The translations under genes and the position numbers were made by a program. From contig MU053379.1 of the NCBI GenBank assembly GCA_013239625.1, forward strand, positions 5,270,714 to 5,334,713: a stretch of 64,000 nt of DNA, in the 5' to 3' direction. Under the pieces are notes generated by a model. That model was not told the origin of the DNA. It searched no databases and saw nothing but the letters and a program-made list of their open reading frames with translations. The stretch is from Lama guanicoe. Its lineage: Eukaryota. Below are positions 37,601 through 51,070 of this stretch, one piece after another (the first letter of the stretch is position 1; each line of letters starts with the position of its first letter).

Positions 37601-40600
37601 AACAAATAGTAACAGACATAAAGTGAGAACTTGATGGGGATACAATCATAGCATGAGAACTCAACATCACACTAACATCATTGGACAGGTCTTCCAGACA
37701 GAAAGTCAATAATGCAATGGAGATACTAAATGAAACAATAGAATAGTTGGAACTGGTTGATATTTTCAGGACACTACAACCCTCCAAAACAGAATATACA
37801 TTCTTTTCAAATGTTTATGGAACTTTCTGTAGGATAGACCAAATACTCAGCCACGAAAGAAACCTCAACAAATTTAAGAGGACAGAAATTATTCCAAGCA
37901 TCTTATCTGACAATAATGGCAGGAGACTATAAATCAACCACAGAAAAACAAATGAGAAAAAAATGACAGCATGGAGACTAAACAACATGCTACTAAAAAA
38001 CCAATGGGTCAATGATGGAATCAAAGAAGAAATAAAAAAATACCCTGAGACAAATGACAATGAAAATCCAACCACACAAAATCTATGGCATGCAGCAAAA
38101 ACAGTCCTAACAGGGAAGTTCAAAGAGATACAGGCCTTCCTCAAAAAGGGATAAGAATCTCAAATAAACAACTTAACCTATCACCTAGAAGAATTAGAAA
38201 AAGAACAAACAAAACCTAAAGAAAGCAGAAGGAAAGATATATTAAAGATCAGGGAGGAAATAAATAAAACAGAGATTAAAAAACAATAGAAAAAAATCAA
38301 TGAAACCAAGAGTTGGTTTTATGAAAGAGTAAACAAAACTTACAAACCTCTGGCCAGGCTCAACAAGAAGAAAAGAGAAAGTACACAAATAAACAAAATA
38401 AGAAATGAAAATGGAGAGACTACAACCAACACCACAGAAACACAAAACATCATAAAAGAATACTATGAACACCTATATGGCAATAATTTGGATAACTCAG
38501 AAGAAATGGAGAAGTTTCTAGAAACATACATCCATCAAACATCCATCAAAACTGAATCAAGAATAAACAGATCATATGAACAGACCAATCAGTAGAAGTG
38601 AAATAGAATAAGCAATAAAAAAAAAGCCTCCCTGCAAACAGAAGTCGAGGATCAGACAGCATCACTGGGGAGTACTACCAAACATACAAAGAAGAGCACA
38701 TACCAATCCTTCTCAAACTCTTCCAAAAGATTGAAGAGGAGGGAGTACCCCAAACTCATTCTACGAAGCCATTACCCTGATACTGAAGCCAGACCAAGAC
38801 ACTACCAAAAAATATAGCTAAAGGCCAATAGTGTTGATGAACATAGATGCAAAAATCCTCAACTAAATAGTAGCAAGCAGAATCTAAAAACACATTAAAA
38901 AGATCATACACTATGATCAAGTTGGATTCATCCCAGGGACAAAGGATGTTTCAACATACATAAATCAATCAAGGTGATACACCACATCAACAAGAGAAAG
39001 GATGAAAATCACATGATCACCTCAATAGGTGCAGAAAAAGCATTGAATAAAATTCAACACCAATTTATGATAAAAACTCTCACCAAAGTGGGTATAGAGG
39101 GAACATATCTCAACATAATAAAAACTATATATGACAAACCTACAACCAGCATAATATTCAAGGGTGAAAAGCTGAAAGCCTTTCCTCTAAAATCTGGAAC
39201 AAGACAAGGATGCCCACTCTCACATTTCTATTCAATATAGTACTAGAAGTCCTAGCCATAACAATTAGACAGGAAAAATAAAAGTGTTCCAAACTGGAAG
39301 AGAAGAGGTAAAATTATCATTATATGTGGATGACATGATACTATATATAGAAAACCCTAAAAGCTCCACACAAAAACTACTAGAGCTGAGAAAAGACTTT
39401 GACAAGGTAGCAGGATACAACATTAACACCCATAAGTCAGAGGCATTTCTTTACACTAACAATGAAATATCAGAAAAGGAAAGTAAAGAAACAATCCCTT
39501 TTAAAACTGCATTCAAAAAAGTAAAATATTTAGAAATAAATCTGACCAAGAAAGTTAAAGACTTATATGCAGAGAACTACAAGATGCTAAGGAAATTAAA
39601 GAAGACTTAAAGAAATGGAAAGATATCCCATGTTCTTGGATTGGAAAAATTAATATTGTTAAAATGAGCAAACTACACAAAGCAATCTACAGATTTAATG
39701 TGATCCCTATCAAATTACCCAGAACATTTTTCACAGAATTAGAACAAATCATAATTAAAATTTATATGGAATCACAAAAGACCCAGAACTGCCCAAACAT
39801 TACTGAAGAAAAAGAACGAAGCTGGAGGAATAACTTTCCCAGACTTCGGAAAATACTACAGAGCTACAGTAATCAAAACAGCATGATATTGGTACAAAAA
39901 CAGACGTATGGATCAATGGAACAGAATAGAGAGCCCAGAAATAAATCCACAAACTTTTGGTCAATTAATCTTTGACAAAGGAGGCAAGAACATATAATGG
40001 AGTAAAGACAGTCTCTTCAGCAAATGGTGCTGGGAAAACTGGACAGCAGTATGTAAATCAGTGAAGCTAGAACACTCCCTCACACCATACACAAAACTAA
40101 ACTCAAAGTGGCTTATAGACTTAAACATAAGACAAGATACTATAAACCTCTTAGAAGAAAACATAGGCAAAACATTATCCAGCATAAATCTCAGCAATGT
40201 TCTCCTGAGGTAATCTACCCAAACAATAGAAATAGAAGCAAATTTAAACAAATGGAACCTAATTAAAGTTACAAGCTTTTTCACAGCAAAGGAAACCATA
40301 AGCAAAACAAAAAGACAGCCTACAGAATGGGAGAAAATATTTACAAAAGACGAGACTGACAGGGGCTTAATCTCCAGAATATATAAACAGCTCAAACAGC
40401 TGAATAAGAAAAAACAAACCCAGAGAAGCAAGATGGCGGAGTAGAAGGACGCTTGTAGCTCACCTTCTCCCACAAATACACCAAAACTCACATCTACAGA
40501 CCCACCCAGCCAACCAGAGCACCTGCCAAACTCTGACAGAACATCGCCCTCTTTGAAAGACAAAGATGCCAAAAATCTGGTAGGAGAAAAGGAAAAAAGA

Positions 40601-43600
40601 AAGAAGAAGAAAAAGCAAAACAGTGTGGGACTGGTCCTGCAGGGAGGGAACAGCAGAGGAGGACTGGCACTTGTTCGCTGGGTCTCCCCTCTCCGAGAGA
40701 CCAACAAGATGGAGGGGGAGCCTCCGAGGCTCAGATCTGCCCTGAGCATCTCTTGACCAACAGAACTGAGTTAAACAGGCACAGAGAGTCCCCATGACAC
40801 CCAGCCTGAGATGCGAGCCGGCAGCTGGGGCCGGGGCAGGCCGCCCAAGCCAGGTGAAGGACTGAGGCGGCTGCACTGAGGCAGTCTAGGGGACTGCAGG
40901 AGGCTGTGTGCCGTGGCTGGGAGGGGATATGGAGCAGAACCACCTCAGTCCCCCATAAATTGCAAAAAAAGCAAAGCAACATGGCTGGTGTGCCCTGGGG
41001 GGAGGGGCGCCATAGCCTTTGTCTCCTCAGACCTGTGGAGCCATTACTGGCACTTCTCATGAGAAGAGAGGCAGGGCGCAGCCACAGCTGCCATCTCCTC
41101 CTGTGCACAGCGCCTGGGTGGGGGCGGGGCCAAGGATGAGGCCTGAATTCGCATCTGGGGCTCCACAACCTCCTAGGCATGATTGAAACTTGTTTACAGC
41201 CCAAGGCAGATAGTATCTTTCTGCCCTGGCACCTCAGAGAACTCGGGCTGCCAAGACAAACACGGAGCTGAGATTTGGCATGGAGCAGGGGCGGGGCTGT
41301 TCTGCGGTCTTCCCTGAGCCCGCCTTTGGAGCACTGACCCGAGGCAGAGCAGGCAGCTGCCCAGAGCAGCAGAGCAACCGGCGCTGGGAGAGGGCAGATG
41401 GCCACCTGCCTTCCTGGCAGGAACGCAGCACCTGACCACGGTGCTGGGAGGGGGCGCGATCCGCCCACCTGCTTCACCGCATCTGACTCCGCATTGGGAG
41501 GGGGAGTGACCCGCCTGCCCACTGGGTAAGAGCTCAGCACCTGACCCAGTGTTGGGAGGGGGCGCGATCTGCTAACCGACAGCCACTGGGAGCAGCACAG
41601 ATGAGGGTGCCAAAACAGGGCGAAGACACAAAGACCTCTCAATAAAATCATTAAGAGCACAGAGTCTCCAGGAGAACTAGATAACTGATACTCCTTAAAC
41701 CACAGTGCCAGAGAGATATGAGCAATATAAAGAAGCAGAGGAACCGCTCCCAATTAAAAGATCAAGAGAAATCCCCTGAAAGCACAATCAAGGAAATAGG
41801 CACTGATGGCCTACTAGATGAAGATTTCAAAAAAAGGAGTGATCAAAGTACTTAAGGAACTAAAAGAAATAGTGTTTAGAGATATAAAATATGTCAAAAG
41901 TGAAATAGAAGCTATAAAGGAGAACCAAGTAGAATTAGTAAACTCATTTGTTGAGATGAGAGCTGACCTAAAGGCTGTACAAAGCAGGCTAGATAATGCA
42001 GAGGAACGAATAAGTGACCTAGAAGACAGGACAACAGAAAGCACCCAATCAGAACAGCTGAGAGAAAAACAAATAAAAAACAATGAAAACAATATAAGGG
42101 ACCTATGGGATAATATAAAGTGTGCCAATCTATGCATAATAGGGGTTCCAGAAGGGGAAGAAAGAACAAAGGGGACTGAAAAGGTATTTGAAGAAATCAT
42201 GACTGAAAACTTCCCAAACCTAAAGAAAGAATCAGATATCCAAGCACAGGAAGCTCAGAGGGTCCCAAACAGGAAGAACCCAAACAGACCCACACCAAGA
42301 CATATCATAATCAAGATGGCCAGAGTCAAAGATAAAGAAATGATCCTAAAGGCAGCAAGAGAAAAACAAAGAGTGAGTTACAAGGGAACCCCCATAAGGC
42401 TCTCAGCTGATTTCTCTGCACAAACACTACAGGCCAGAAGGGAGTGGCAAGATAGATTCAAAGTTCCGAATGAAAAAAGATGCAGCCTAGGATACTTTAT
42501 TCAGCAAGGCTATCCTTTAGAATAGAAGGAGAGATAAATGACTTCACAGACAAGCAAAAACTGAAAGAGTTTAGCAACACTAAACCCATGCTAAAAGAAA
42601 TATTGACAGGTCTACTCTAAATAGAAAAGCAACAGGATGCTACAAAAATGAGAAACTCACAACTGGAAAGGTGATAACCACCATGAATTCCAAATAGAAT
42701 AAACACAGAATTGTAAAAGAAGACATCTAAATCATTAAGAGTGGGAGAGGGAAGCAAGGAAAGCCACTGTGGAAAACAGTATGGAGATTCCTCAAAAGAC
42801 TAAAAATAAACTTACCATATGATCCAGCTACCCCACTCCTGGGCATATATCTAGAGGGAACTTTAATTCGAAAAGATACATGCACCCCAATGTTCATAGC
42901 AGCACTACTTACAATTGCCAAGACAGGGAAACAACCTAAATGTCCATCAATAGATGACTGGATAAAGAAATTGTGGCACATTTTAACAAAGGAATACTAC
43001 TCAGCCATAAAGAAGAATATAATAATGCAATTTGCATCAACCTGGATAAACCTGGAGAATATTATTATAAGAGAAGTATGCCAGAAAGAGAAAGAAAAAT
43101 TCCATATGATATCACTTACATGTGTAATCTAAAAAAAGACAAACTTATTTACAAAACTGAAACAGACTCACAGACACAGTAAACAATCTATGGTTACCAG
43201 GTGGGTACGGATGTGGAAAGGGATAAACTGGGAGTTTGAGATTTGCAGATACTAATTACTATATATAAAATAGATAAACAACAAGTTTATACTGTATAGC
43301 ACAGGAAACTATATTTAATATCTTGTGGTAACTTATGGTTAAGAAGAACATGAAAATGAATACATGTATGTTCCTATATGACTGAAGTATTGTGCTACAC
43401 CAGAAATTGACACAACATTGTAAACTGACTATACTTAAATAAAAATACATTTTTAAAAATGGGCAGAAGACAGACATTTCTTCTAAATAGACATTTCTCC
43501 ATTGAAGACATACAGACGGTGAACAGGAACATGACAAGATGCTCAGTATCACTAATTATTAGGGAAATGCAAATCAAAAACTACTATGAGGTTTCACCTG

Positions 43601-44392
43601 TCACCAGGTAAATGGCCATCATTAAAAAGTCCACAAATGATAAATGCTGCAGAGGATGTGGTGAAAAGGGAACCCTCCTATACTGTTGGAGGGAATATAA
43701 ATTGGTGCAGCCACTTTAAAGACAGTATGGAAGTTCCTTTAAAAACTAATAGTTACCATGTGATGCAGCAATACTACTCCCGGACGTGTATCTAGAGAAA
43801 AACGTAATTCAAAAAGACATCTGCACCCCAGTGTTCACAGCAGCACTATTTACAACAGCCAACACATAGAAACAGCCTACATGTCCATTGATAGATGAGT
43901 GGATAAAAAAGTTGTGGTAAATTTCTACAATGGAATGCTACCCAACTATAAAATATTATAAAATAATATCATTTGCAGCAACATGGATGGACCTGGAGAT
44001 CATCATTATAAGTGAAGTAAGCCAGACAGAGAAAGAAAAATACTACATGATATCACTTAGATGTGGAATCTTAAAAAAAAAAAGATACAAATGAACTTAT
44101 AGAAACAGACTGACAGACATAGAAAACAAACTTATGATTCCCAGGGGCGAAAGCGAGTGGGAAAGGATAAATTGGGAATTTGAAATTTGCAGATACTAAC
44201 TACTATATATAAAATAGATAAACAACAAGTGTATACTGTGCAGCACAGGGAACTATATTCAATTTCTTGTGACCTATAATGAAAAAGAACATGGAAACAA
44301 ATATATGTATACATATGTATGACTTAAGCATTATGCTGTATAGTACAAATTGACACAACATTGTAACTGACTATATTTCAGTGAAAAAAAAT
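34645..44392 (+). mobile_element. Near full-length defective L1 (5' UTR, ORF1 ~35900-36789, ORF2 from 37233, 3' UTR), interrupted at ~40420-43450
   Basis: GGGGAGGAGCCAAGAT 5' end; ORF1 RRM/CTD peptides; endonuclease motifs (CCLQET, AGVAILISDKIDF); RT ([15 protein letters not shown]); many stops and frameshifts. Confidence 0.95.
40421..43450 (+). mobile_element. Nested L1 with 5' UTR, ORF1 (41718-42620) and 3' end but lacking almost all of ORF2
   Basis: YY1-type CAAGATGGCGG at 40429-40439; complete ORF1 with two A-run frameshifts; inter-ORF spacer joins directly to the ORF2 terminal region at ~42760. Confidence 0.9.
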
Positions 44393-46129
44393 GAAGATAG
44401 AATACAAAATACAATTTGGGGACCTGTGGACATTATGGAAGAACTGGAGAGACCAGCTTCAATTAGATTAAGTCAAGAGGCTTCTATTACCTTTCACAGA
44501 TGGACAGAATGAAGATGCAAAGCAGCCGGTAACTGACGTTTGGAGACCACAGAGAAAACGGAGACGGGTTAGGCTGGGGCCACCGCTCAGCGCATGAGTC
44601 CCACGGGCCTCTGGCCTGTGCTTCTGCATTGTATGCCCTACGCCTTGTAATGAACATCTGAGTTGTACAGAGATGAGAGAGGTTACACCTGCAGACCCCG
44701 AATTCACCGTGAAGCCTGTCTAATCCTGCAGGATTCTGAGCACTGCTGGAAGGCTCTCTGCCATTTTAATAATAACAGATCTATAACCAATTTATCGAGC
44801 ATTTGCTATATCGAAGGCATTTTACATATCAACTGACTGGAACTCTTAAAAATTCTGAAGAATTGTTGAGACATTTCACAGGTCAGAAACTTGAGGTTTC
44901 TGTCAGGCTGATCCATCCACAGTCATGGTTAAGAATCGGCAGTTCAGTGACACTGTCTGCCCTAGACACCTAAAACTGGTGAAAAGGACAGCTTTGTTAC
45001 ATGTTCTCAAAATACATAATAACCAGTGAAGAGTCATGACTTTATCTGAGCATGTCCATGGTATTTCACACCATACCTCATGTGATAATTTTTTCAATAA
45101 ACATTCATTGTTCTCAGTGTCTGTACATCCCTGATTGTATCTGAAGGGTATAAAAGAGTAGGCAGAGAAGCAGCAAACAAGGTCTGAGCCGACTGCACAC
45201 AAAGCCCCTGGCCCAGCACCATCATGTCAACTCCGCACACGGAACTGGCCAGGGAAGCCCCATCGGAGCTGAGTGTCTGTGAACTTTTACCAAGCAGTGA
45301 CCTGGAGGAAGTAGAGTGGATTTCCATCAAGAGTCACAGGCCTTGTGGATTCATCCTGGAGAAAGTTCTTCAGAGACGTGGTGCTAGAAGACACCAGCCG
45401 TCTGGTCTCAGTGAGTCTGTCAACAATGACGTCTTTACTCAAGTAACCAGACAAGCTTCCACATGCCCCAGACCTCAGTCAGCCCCTATTCATGTCTGGT
45501 CAAAGCCATGGCAGCTGTCTGAAGGTGTCTGCCTCTAGTTTGTCCCTCACTACACTGGAGCCTTCCTGATCATAATTCTTGTACTCAGTTCTTCCTTGTG
45601 TTCAATCTCTAAGACACAAAGTGGTGCTGGAAAATCAGTGCCTATTTCTTTCATGAATGAGTAAGTGGATTAAAGATTTACTAAGTAAGTGTAACACTCT
45701 AAGCATTAAGCTGTGTGAATGAAAGAGTAGACACACACACAGTAGAAAGAGAGACACTTCCCTTTTCTACACAGAACTTAGATTGTTCTGGTGGAGCTAA
45801 CATTTATTGGATTGTTTTTGACAAAAAAAAAGTTCAATCAACTGTGGAGTCATCTAGTTCCTTTCTAGTTGAAAACACTGAGTGTTCTCCACTCTGTGTT
45901 TGCTCTTAGTTCTCCTTGCACTGGCAACAGAAGGGTCCCACTATCTTGTGTTGGAATCAGGGTGATCTTCCTGCTCTGGTGAAACCGTGAATGTTTTCAG
46001 TTTTCAAGGTGTTTTTCTTCCAGCAGATATTCCTTATGGCTCAGTGCAGACTGAGCAGGAAATAAAAGTCAACATCCAGCTTCTCTCTGGAAGGAGCTCT
46101 GTAAGTCATTCTGATCAAAGATTATTTTG

Positions 46130-46850
46130 CCTGTAAATTAGCTAAACTCCCTAATTAAAAGATACGTAGTAGCTGAGTGGATTAAAAAGCCAAAATCCAG
46201 CTGTATGCTGTCTACAAGAATTCATTTTAGATTTATGGACACACATAGGCTGGAAGTGAAGTGATGGAAAAAGATATTCCATGAAAATGATGACTAAAAC
46301 AAAGCAGGAGTGGCTAAACTTCTCCTGCACAAAGTTGGCTTTAAGCCAGAAATGGTCACCAGGGACAAAAATGTATTATGCGATAATAACAGTCAACTTA
46401 TTAGCAAGTTACAACAATTTCAAGCATTTACACACACCTGACATCATCATCTAAGAAGGTAAAGCAAACACTGGCAGATCTAACAGGAGAAACTGAGTGC
46501 AACACAACAGCAGGCATTTCTATATCTGACCTTCAACCCTGAATAGAACGTTGAGGCAGAAATCAGTAAACAGTCAGTGGACCTGACCAGCGCTTCAGAC
46601 AAGCGGACCCAACAGACATACACAGAGCTTTCCGTCTAGCTGCAGAATAACTGGCTCTTTTAAAGTGACGACAGAATATTCTCCAGGATAGACACACGTT
46701 ATGTCACAAAAGGCGCCTTACAAATTGAAGAATCTTTTGTGATGTAATGAAATGAAACTAGAAACCAAAGCATAAATATAGAAAACCCCACAAATACAAG
46801 GAAACTAACACAATCTCAAAAACCACTGGGTCACAGGGGAAATCGAGAGA
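46130..46850 (+). mobile_element. Old L1 ORF2 endonuclease-region fragment
   Basis: Decayed ICCLQE / LEVKGWKKIFHEN / AGVA coding. Confidence 0.75.
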
Positions 46851-48459
46851 ACTGCTGATTATAAAATCTGAATTTGAGAAGGTATCACTCACCTCTTCTC
46901 TCCAAGGGTCTTAGATAAAACTAGACTCACCGCAAGGCAGGCGATATCTGTTATTCATGACTTATTAACGGTGACTAATGGCAAATCGTACCCGGGCCTG
47001 GAACTTAACGCCTCTCGTGTGAAACATTTTACTAGGTGGTTAAGAGTATTGGTTTTCAAACTGAGCCCATGTTCTCAGTGTTCTGCGTAGAAGTCAGTGA
47101 ATGAACTGTGACTGTCTATTGCTCACTGCAGTCTCGGAGGACCCTGAAGCAATGCCCCGCCCTGCACGTGACTGAACAGGCTTCGTGCGGACTTGGGGTT
47201 AGCAGGTGCAGATTCTCTCACAACGACACACCTCGGATGTCCATTACCAGACGCGTGGACAAAGTCAGCATCACAAGCCGGTGGCTGCAGGGACTTCTCC
47301 ACTGAAAGATGGCCCTATTCTGACCCTCTTGTGACCTGAGGGCTCCCATTTCTTTCTACCTCTCGGCTTTGATGGTCATACAGCACTGCTTCCCCAGGGT
47401 CACACTCACTCCCACTGGTCTGACAGTAACAGGACCTTCCAATAAGGTTCACATATTTCAGTCCTTTGAAAATGTCCACAGGACCCTACGTGCTGCTCTA
47501 TCTACTGCAGTTTTTCTCATCCACATATAGTCAAATTTAAGGAAAAAATATAACTTATACATTGTTTTCCAGTGTTTAAATGTGAACAAAGTTTACTTAC
47601 AAAATGAAAACAGGATGGGTTTGTACAATAGTGAAGGTAAGTGTCCTATTTAAAATTGGCAGCCGTTTTCAGAGGACGCAGTTACTAATCAGAACTATGA
47701 CATTGAATCCGGGTCAGATCGCTGACCCCTCACCACCCTCCATGCTCCACACTCACAGGAGCGCTGCTGTTGTCCTCTGTGCCTCCTGCACCTGCGCTGT
47801 GTTAAGCTGACCGCATTCTGACACGTGTGCCAGCACAACTAGACAGTGAGCCTCTGCTTCCTCAGTCTCCCTCCACTGTGTTCACCAAGTGACTAATGCA
47901 CATCAGACGCCAACCGGTCGTGAGTGAGGCAACTTTCTCCTGTGCCCAAGGGACTCAGTGAGACAAAGACAGCCGCTCTCATTTCAGCGTAAGGTGGAGA
48001 CTTTCAACAAAACTGGGAGCTGAGGACAAATACTGGGAAGGAGAGTATTCAGTTTCTGGGCCAAAAAATCTCAGGAACCTAGGGAAGCATAACCAGAGCC
48101 TCTTAAGGCTTTTATTACTTCTTGGTTTTACACAGAAGACTCAGGCCAGTGGAGAAGCCTGCTCACTACTGGCAGCAGAGGAAGAGGAAGGGCCTGCTTC
48201 TCTGTGACTGCACCGTCAGGATCACAGCTGCCCTCCATCAGGCTCTGGGTTTTCACCCACACAGATTTCAAGCACCAAGAAGACACAACTGAACAAGAAG
48301 AAAGAAGCCACGACATTTCACAGTTTTCCACAGAAGCCAGGCTCCCCTGCCACGAGTCCCCTAAGCGTCACCTGGCACTGCACCCTAAGAGGGGCAGGGA
48401 CCACTTCTCCTCTCCCAGACTCAGCAGTAGTACGGCTTTACATGCTGCTGCTCATACAG

Positions 48460-51070
48460 AACAAAAGAAAAAACACAATCAACAGACACAGAAAAGACAC
48501 TGAACAACTTAGGTGTAGAATGAATGTAACTCAAGGCCACGCTTCAACACATACTCAGCAGCGGAAGTCCGAAACCCTCCCCCCAGTGTCAGGAGCAAGG
48601 CAAGGCAGCTCACCCCCTCCGCACACTCAGCACGTTCGCGGGAGCCCTCGCCAGGGCAGTCAGGCGAGGAAGGGACGCGGAAGGCATCAAAGCTGGAAAA
48701 TAAGAGATGCAATGTCTCTATTTTAAGGTAACATGGTTTTATATACAGAAAGTCCTAAAAACTTCACCAAAAACGTGTCAGAACTAATCAACATACTCAG
48801 TAAAGTTGTGGAATAAAAATTTAAAGTGCAAAAGTCAGTCGTATTTCTACATACTGAAAATTATCTGAAAAAGAAAGAAAGCAATTCCATTTATAACAGC
48901 ATCGAAAACAATAAAATAATAAGGAATAAATTTATCCAAGGGGATAAAAGATCACTACAATACACTGATGAAAGAAATGGAACAAGACAGATATAAATGT
49001 AAAGTTATCCCTTGTCCGTGGGTTGGAAGAATTAATATTGTTAAAATGTCCCTACTACCCAAAGCCATTATTGATTTAGTGCAATCCCTACCAAAATCCA
49101 GTGGCATTTTTTAAAACTAGGGGAAAAAATACAAAAATGTATAAAGAACCACAAAATACCCTGTATATACAATGCTGGAGGTATCACAGTAGCATGGTGC
49201 TGTCTTATAAGGAATGCCCAATCGAGTTTTTTTAAGCAGACATGAAAGGATGCTAATAGACCTCATAAAAACATATGAATGTAGGTGTTAAACCCACTGT
49301 TAAGGGTAAATATATAGTGAAAATCAGATTCTATAATATTGTAATGGTGATGTGTGACTCACAACTCTAGTTTGAAAGCTAAAAAAAAATTACAAAGTAA
49401 CCATAACTAATTTGTTATTAGATACACAATATAAAAATATGGTAGTTGTGACATCAATATGCCTCATGATAACCAGAAAGGAAAAACCTGTGGTCGTCAC
49501 ACAAAGATGATGATAAAGGATCTAAGCGAACCTCTGCAAAGAGTGCCAGGGTCCCAAAGACGACAGCAAGAAAGCGCGAGGAACCAGGGATTATAAAGCA
49601 GACCCAGCATCAACACCAAGGCAGCAGGACGCTGCTCTCTGTCAATGATCACTCTAATGTAAATGGATTAAATTCCCCAGTGAAAACACTAATAAGTGGA
49701 TGGACATAAAAACACAATCCAATGCTATGCTGCCTGTAAGAGGCTCACATTGGCTTTAAGAGCACACACAGGCGAGTGAAGGGGTGGAAAAATGTGTGAC
49801 ACAATGGCAACCAAAAGAAAGTGGGGGTAGCTAGTCGTAGACAACACAGGCTTTAAACATGGTCAAAAGCAACAGAGACAACAATTACATGATGACAGAG
49901 GGTCAATCTACCGAGAAGACACAATCGTCAATATTTATGCCCCACACATTGGAGCACTTAAATATATAAATCAAATGCAAATAGAACTAGAAGGAAGTCT
50001 ACGCAGAAGCACCACTGCAGTCAGGGGCTTCCCGCAGCGAACTCCTAACGCGGAGCCGTCACCCAGAGTTTCGGCAGGAGGGCAGCAGGTGCGAGCAAGC
50101 TCTTAGACGAAGTCAGCGGAAGGAGGGGAGTGACAAAGGCTGAAGCAGGAATAGATGCAACAGGGAGCAGAAAGAACAGCAGAGAAAAAACTAAGCGTTG
50201 CTTCTTATGAAAGATAAACCAAACTGACAAACATTTAGCTAGACTAACTGAAAAAAGACACAAATCAATGAAATTCTACTTTTAAAAAGAATTTTTTTAA
50301 GGGAGGTGCTGGGGACTGAACCCAGGACCCCGTGTGTGCTAAGCTTGCGCTCTGCCGCTGAGCTATTACCTACCCTCCAGGTCAACAAAGTTTTAAATGA
50401 AGGAGGAAACACTACAATTGATACCATAGGAACATAAATAATCACAATAGACTATTATGAAAAACTACCCGGCAACAAACTGAATGACCGAGATGAAATG
50501 GGTCAATTTCTAGAAACATGCAACGTATAAAGAGTGAATCCCGAAGAAATAGAAAATTTGAACAATTATGAGTAAGGAGATTGAATCAGTAATTAATAAC
50601 TGCCCAACCCAGAGAATCTCAGGATGAGATGGCTTCCCTGGTGAAGCCTACCAAACATTTACAGAATTCATACCAATCCTTACCAAACTCTCAAAAACTC
50701 AGAGTGGAGTCAACACCCCTGAACTCATTTCACAAGGCCTCATCGCCCAATACCGTTGCGAGGTGTGGACACTACAGAAAAAGGAAACTGCAAGCCCGTA
50801 TCCTTGATGAATGTGGATGTAAAAATGCTTAAACGCTAGCAGACCGAATTCAGCAGCAACTTAAAAGAACCGTACACCGTGATTAAATAGAATTTATCTG
50901 TGGATGCAAGAATGTTTCAATATATGCAAATTAATAAATGATAAATCATATTACAGAATACAAATGCAATTCATATGATCATCTCAGTAGATGCAGAAGT
51001 ATTTGACAAAACTGAATATCTGTTTATGATAATAATGCTCAACAAATTAGGTATAGAAGGAAAGTATCTA
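48460..51070 (+). mobile_element. Two old L1 ORF2 segments (48460-49200 and 49210-51070)
   Basis: Recognisable RT-region and EN/linker coding remnants; both include the LNKLG-EG coding stretch, so they are separate copies. Confidence 0.75.
50290..50378 (-). mobile_element. tRNA-derived SINE (Vic-1-like, short form) inserted in L1
   Basis: TAGCTCAGCGGCAGAGCG...GGGTTCAGTCCCC on minus strand. Confidence 0.8.

Noticed and set aside
37233..40420. Active reverse transcriptase / L1 ORF2
   Set aside because: Many stops and frameshifts plus a nested insertion
39961..41753. 262-aa and 340-aa minus-strand ORFs
   Set aside because: Antisense to L1 5' UTR/ORF2, non-informative composition, no recognisable domain
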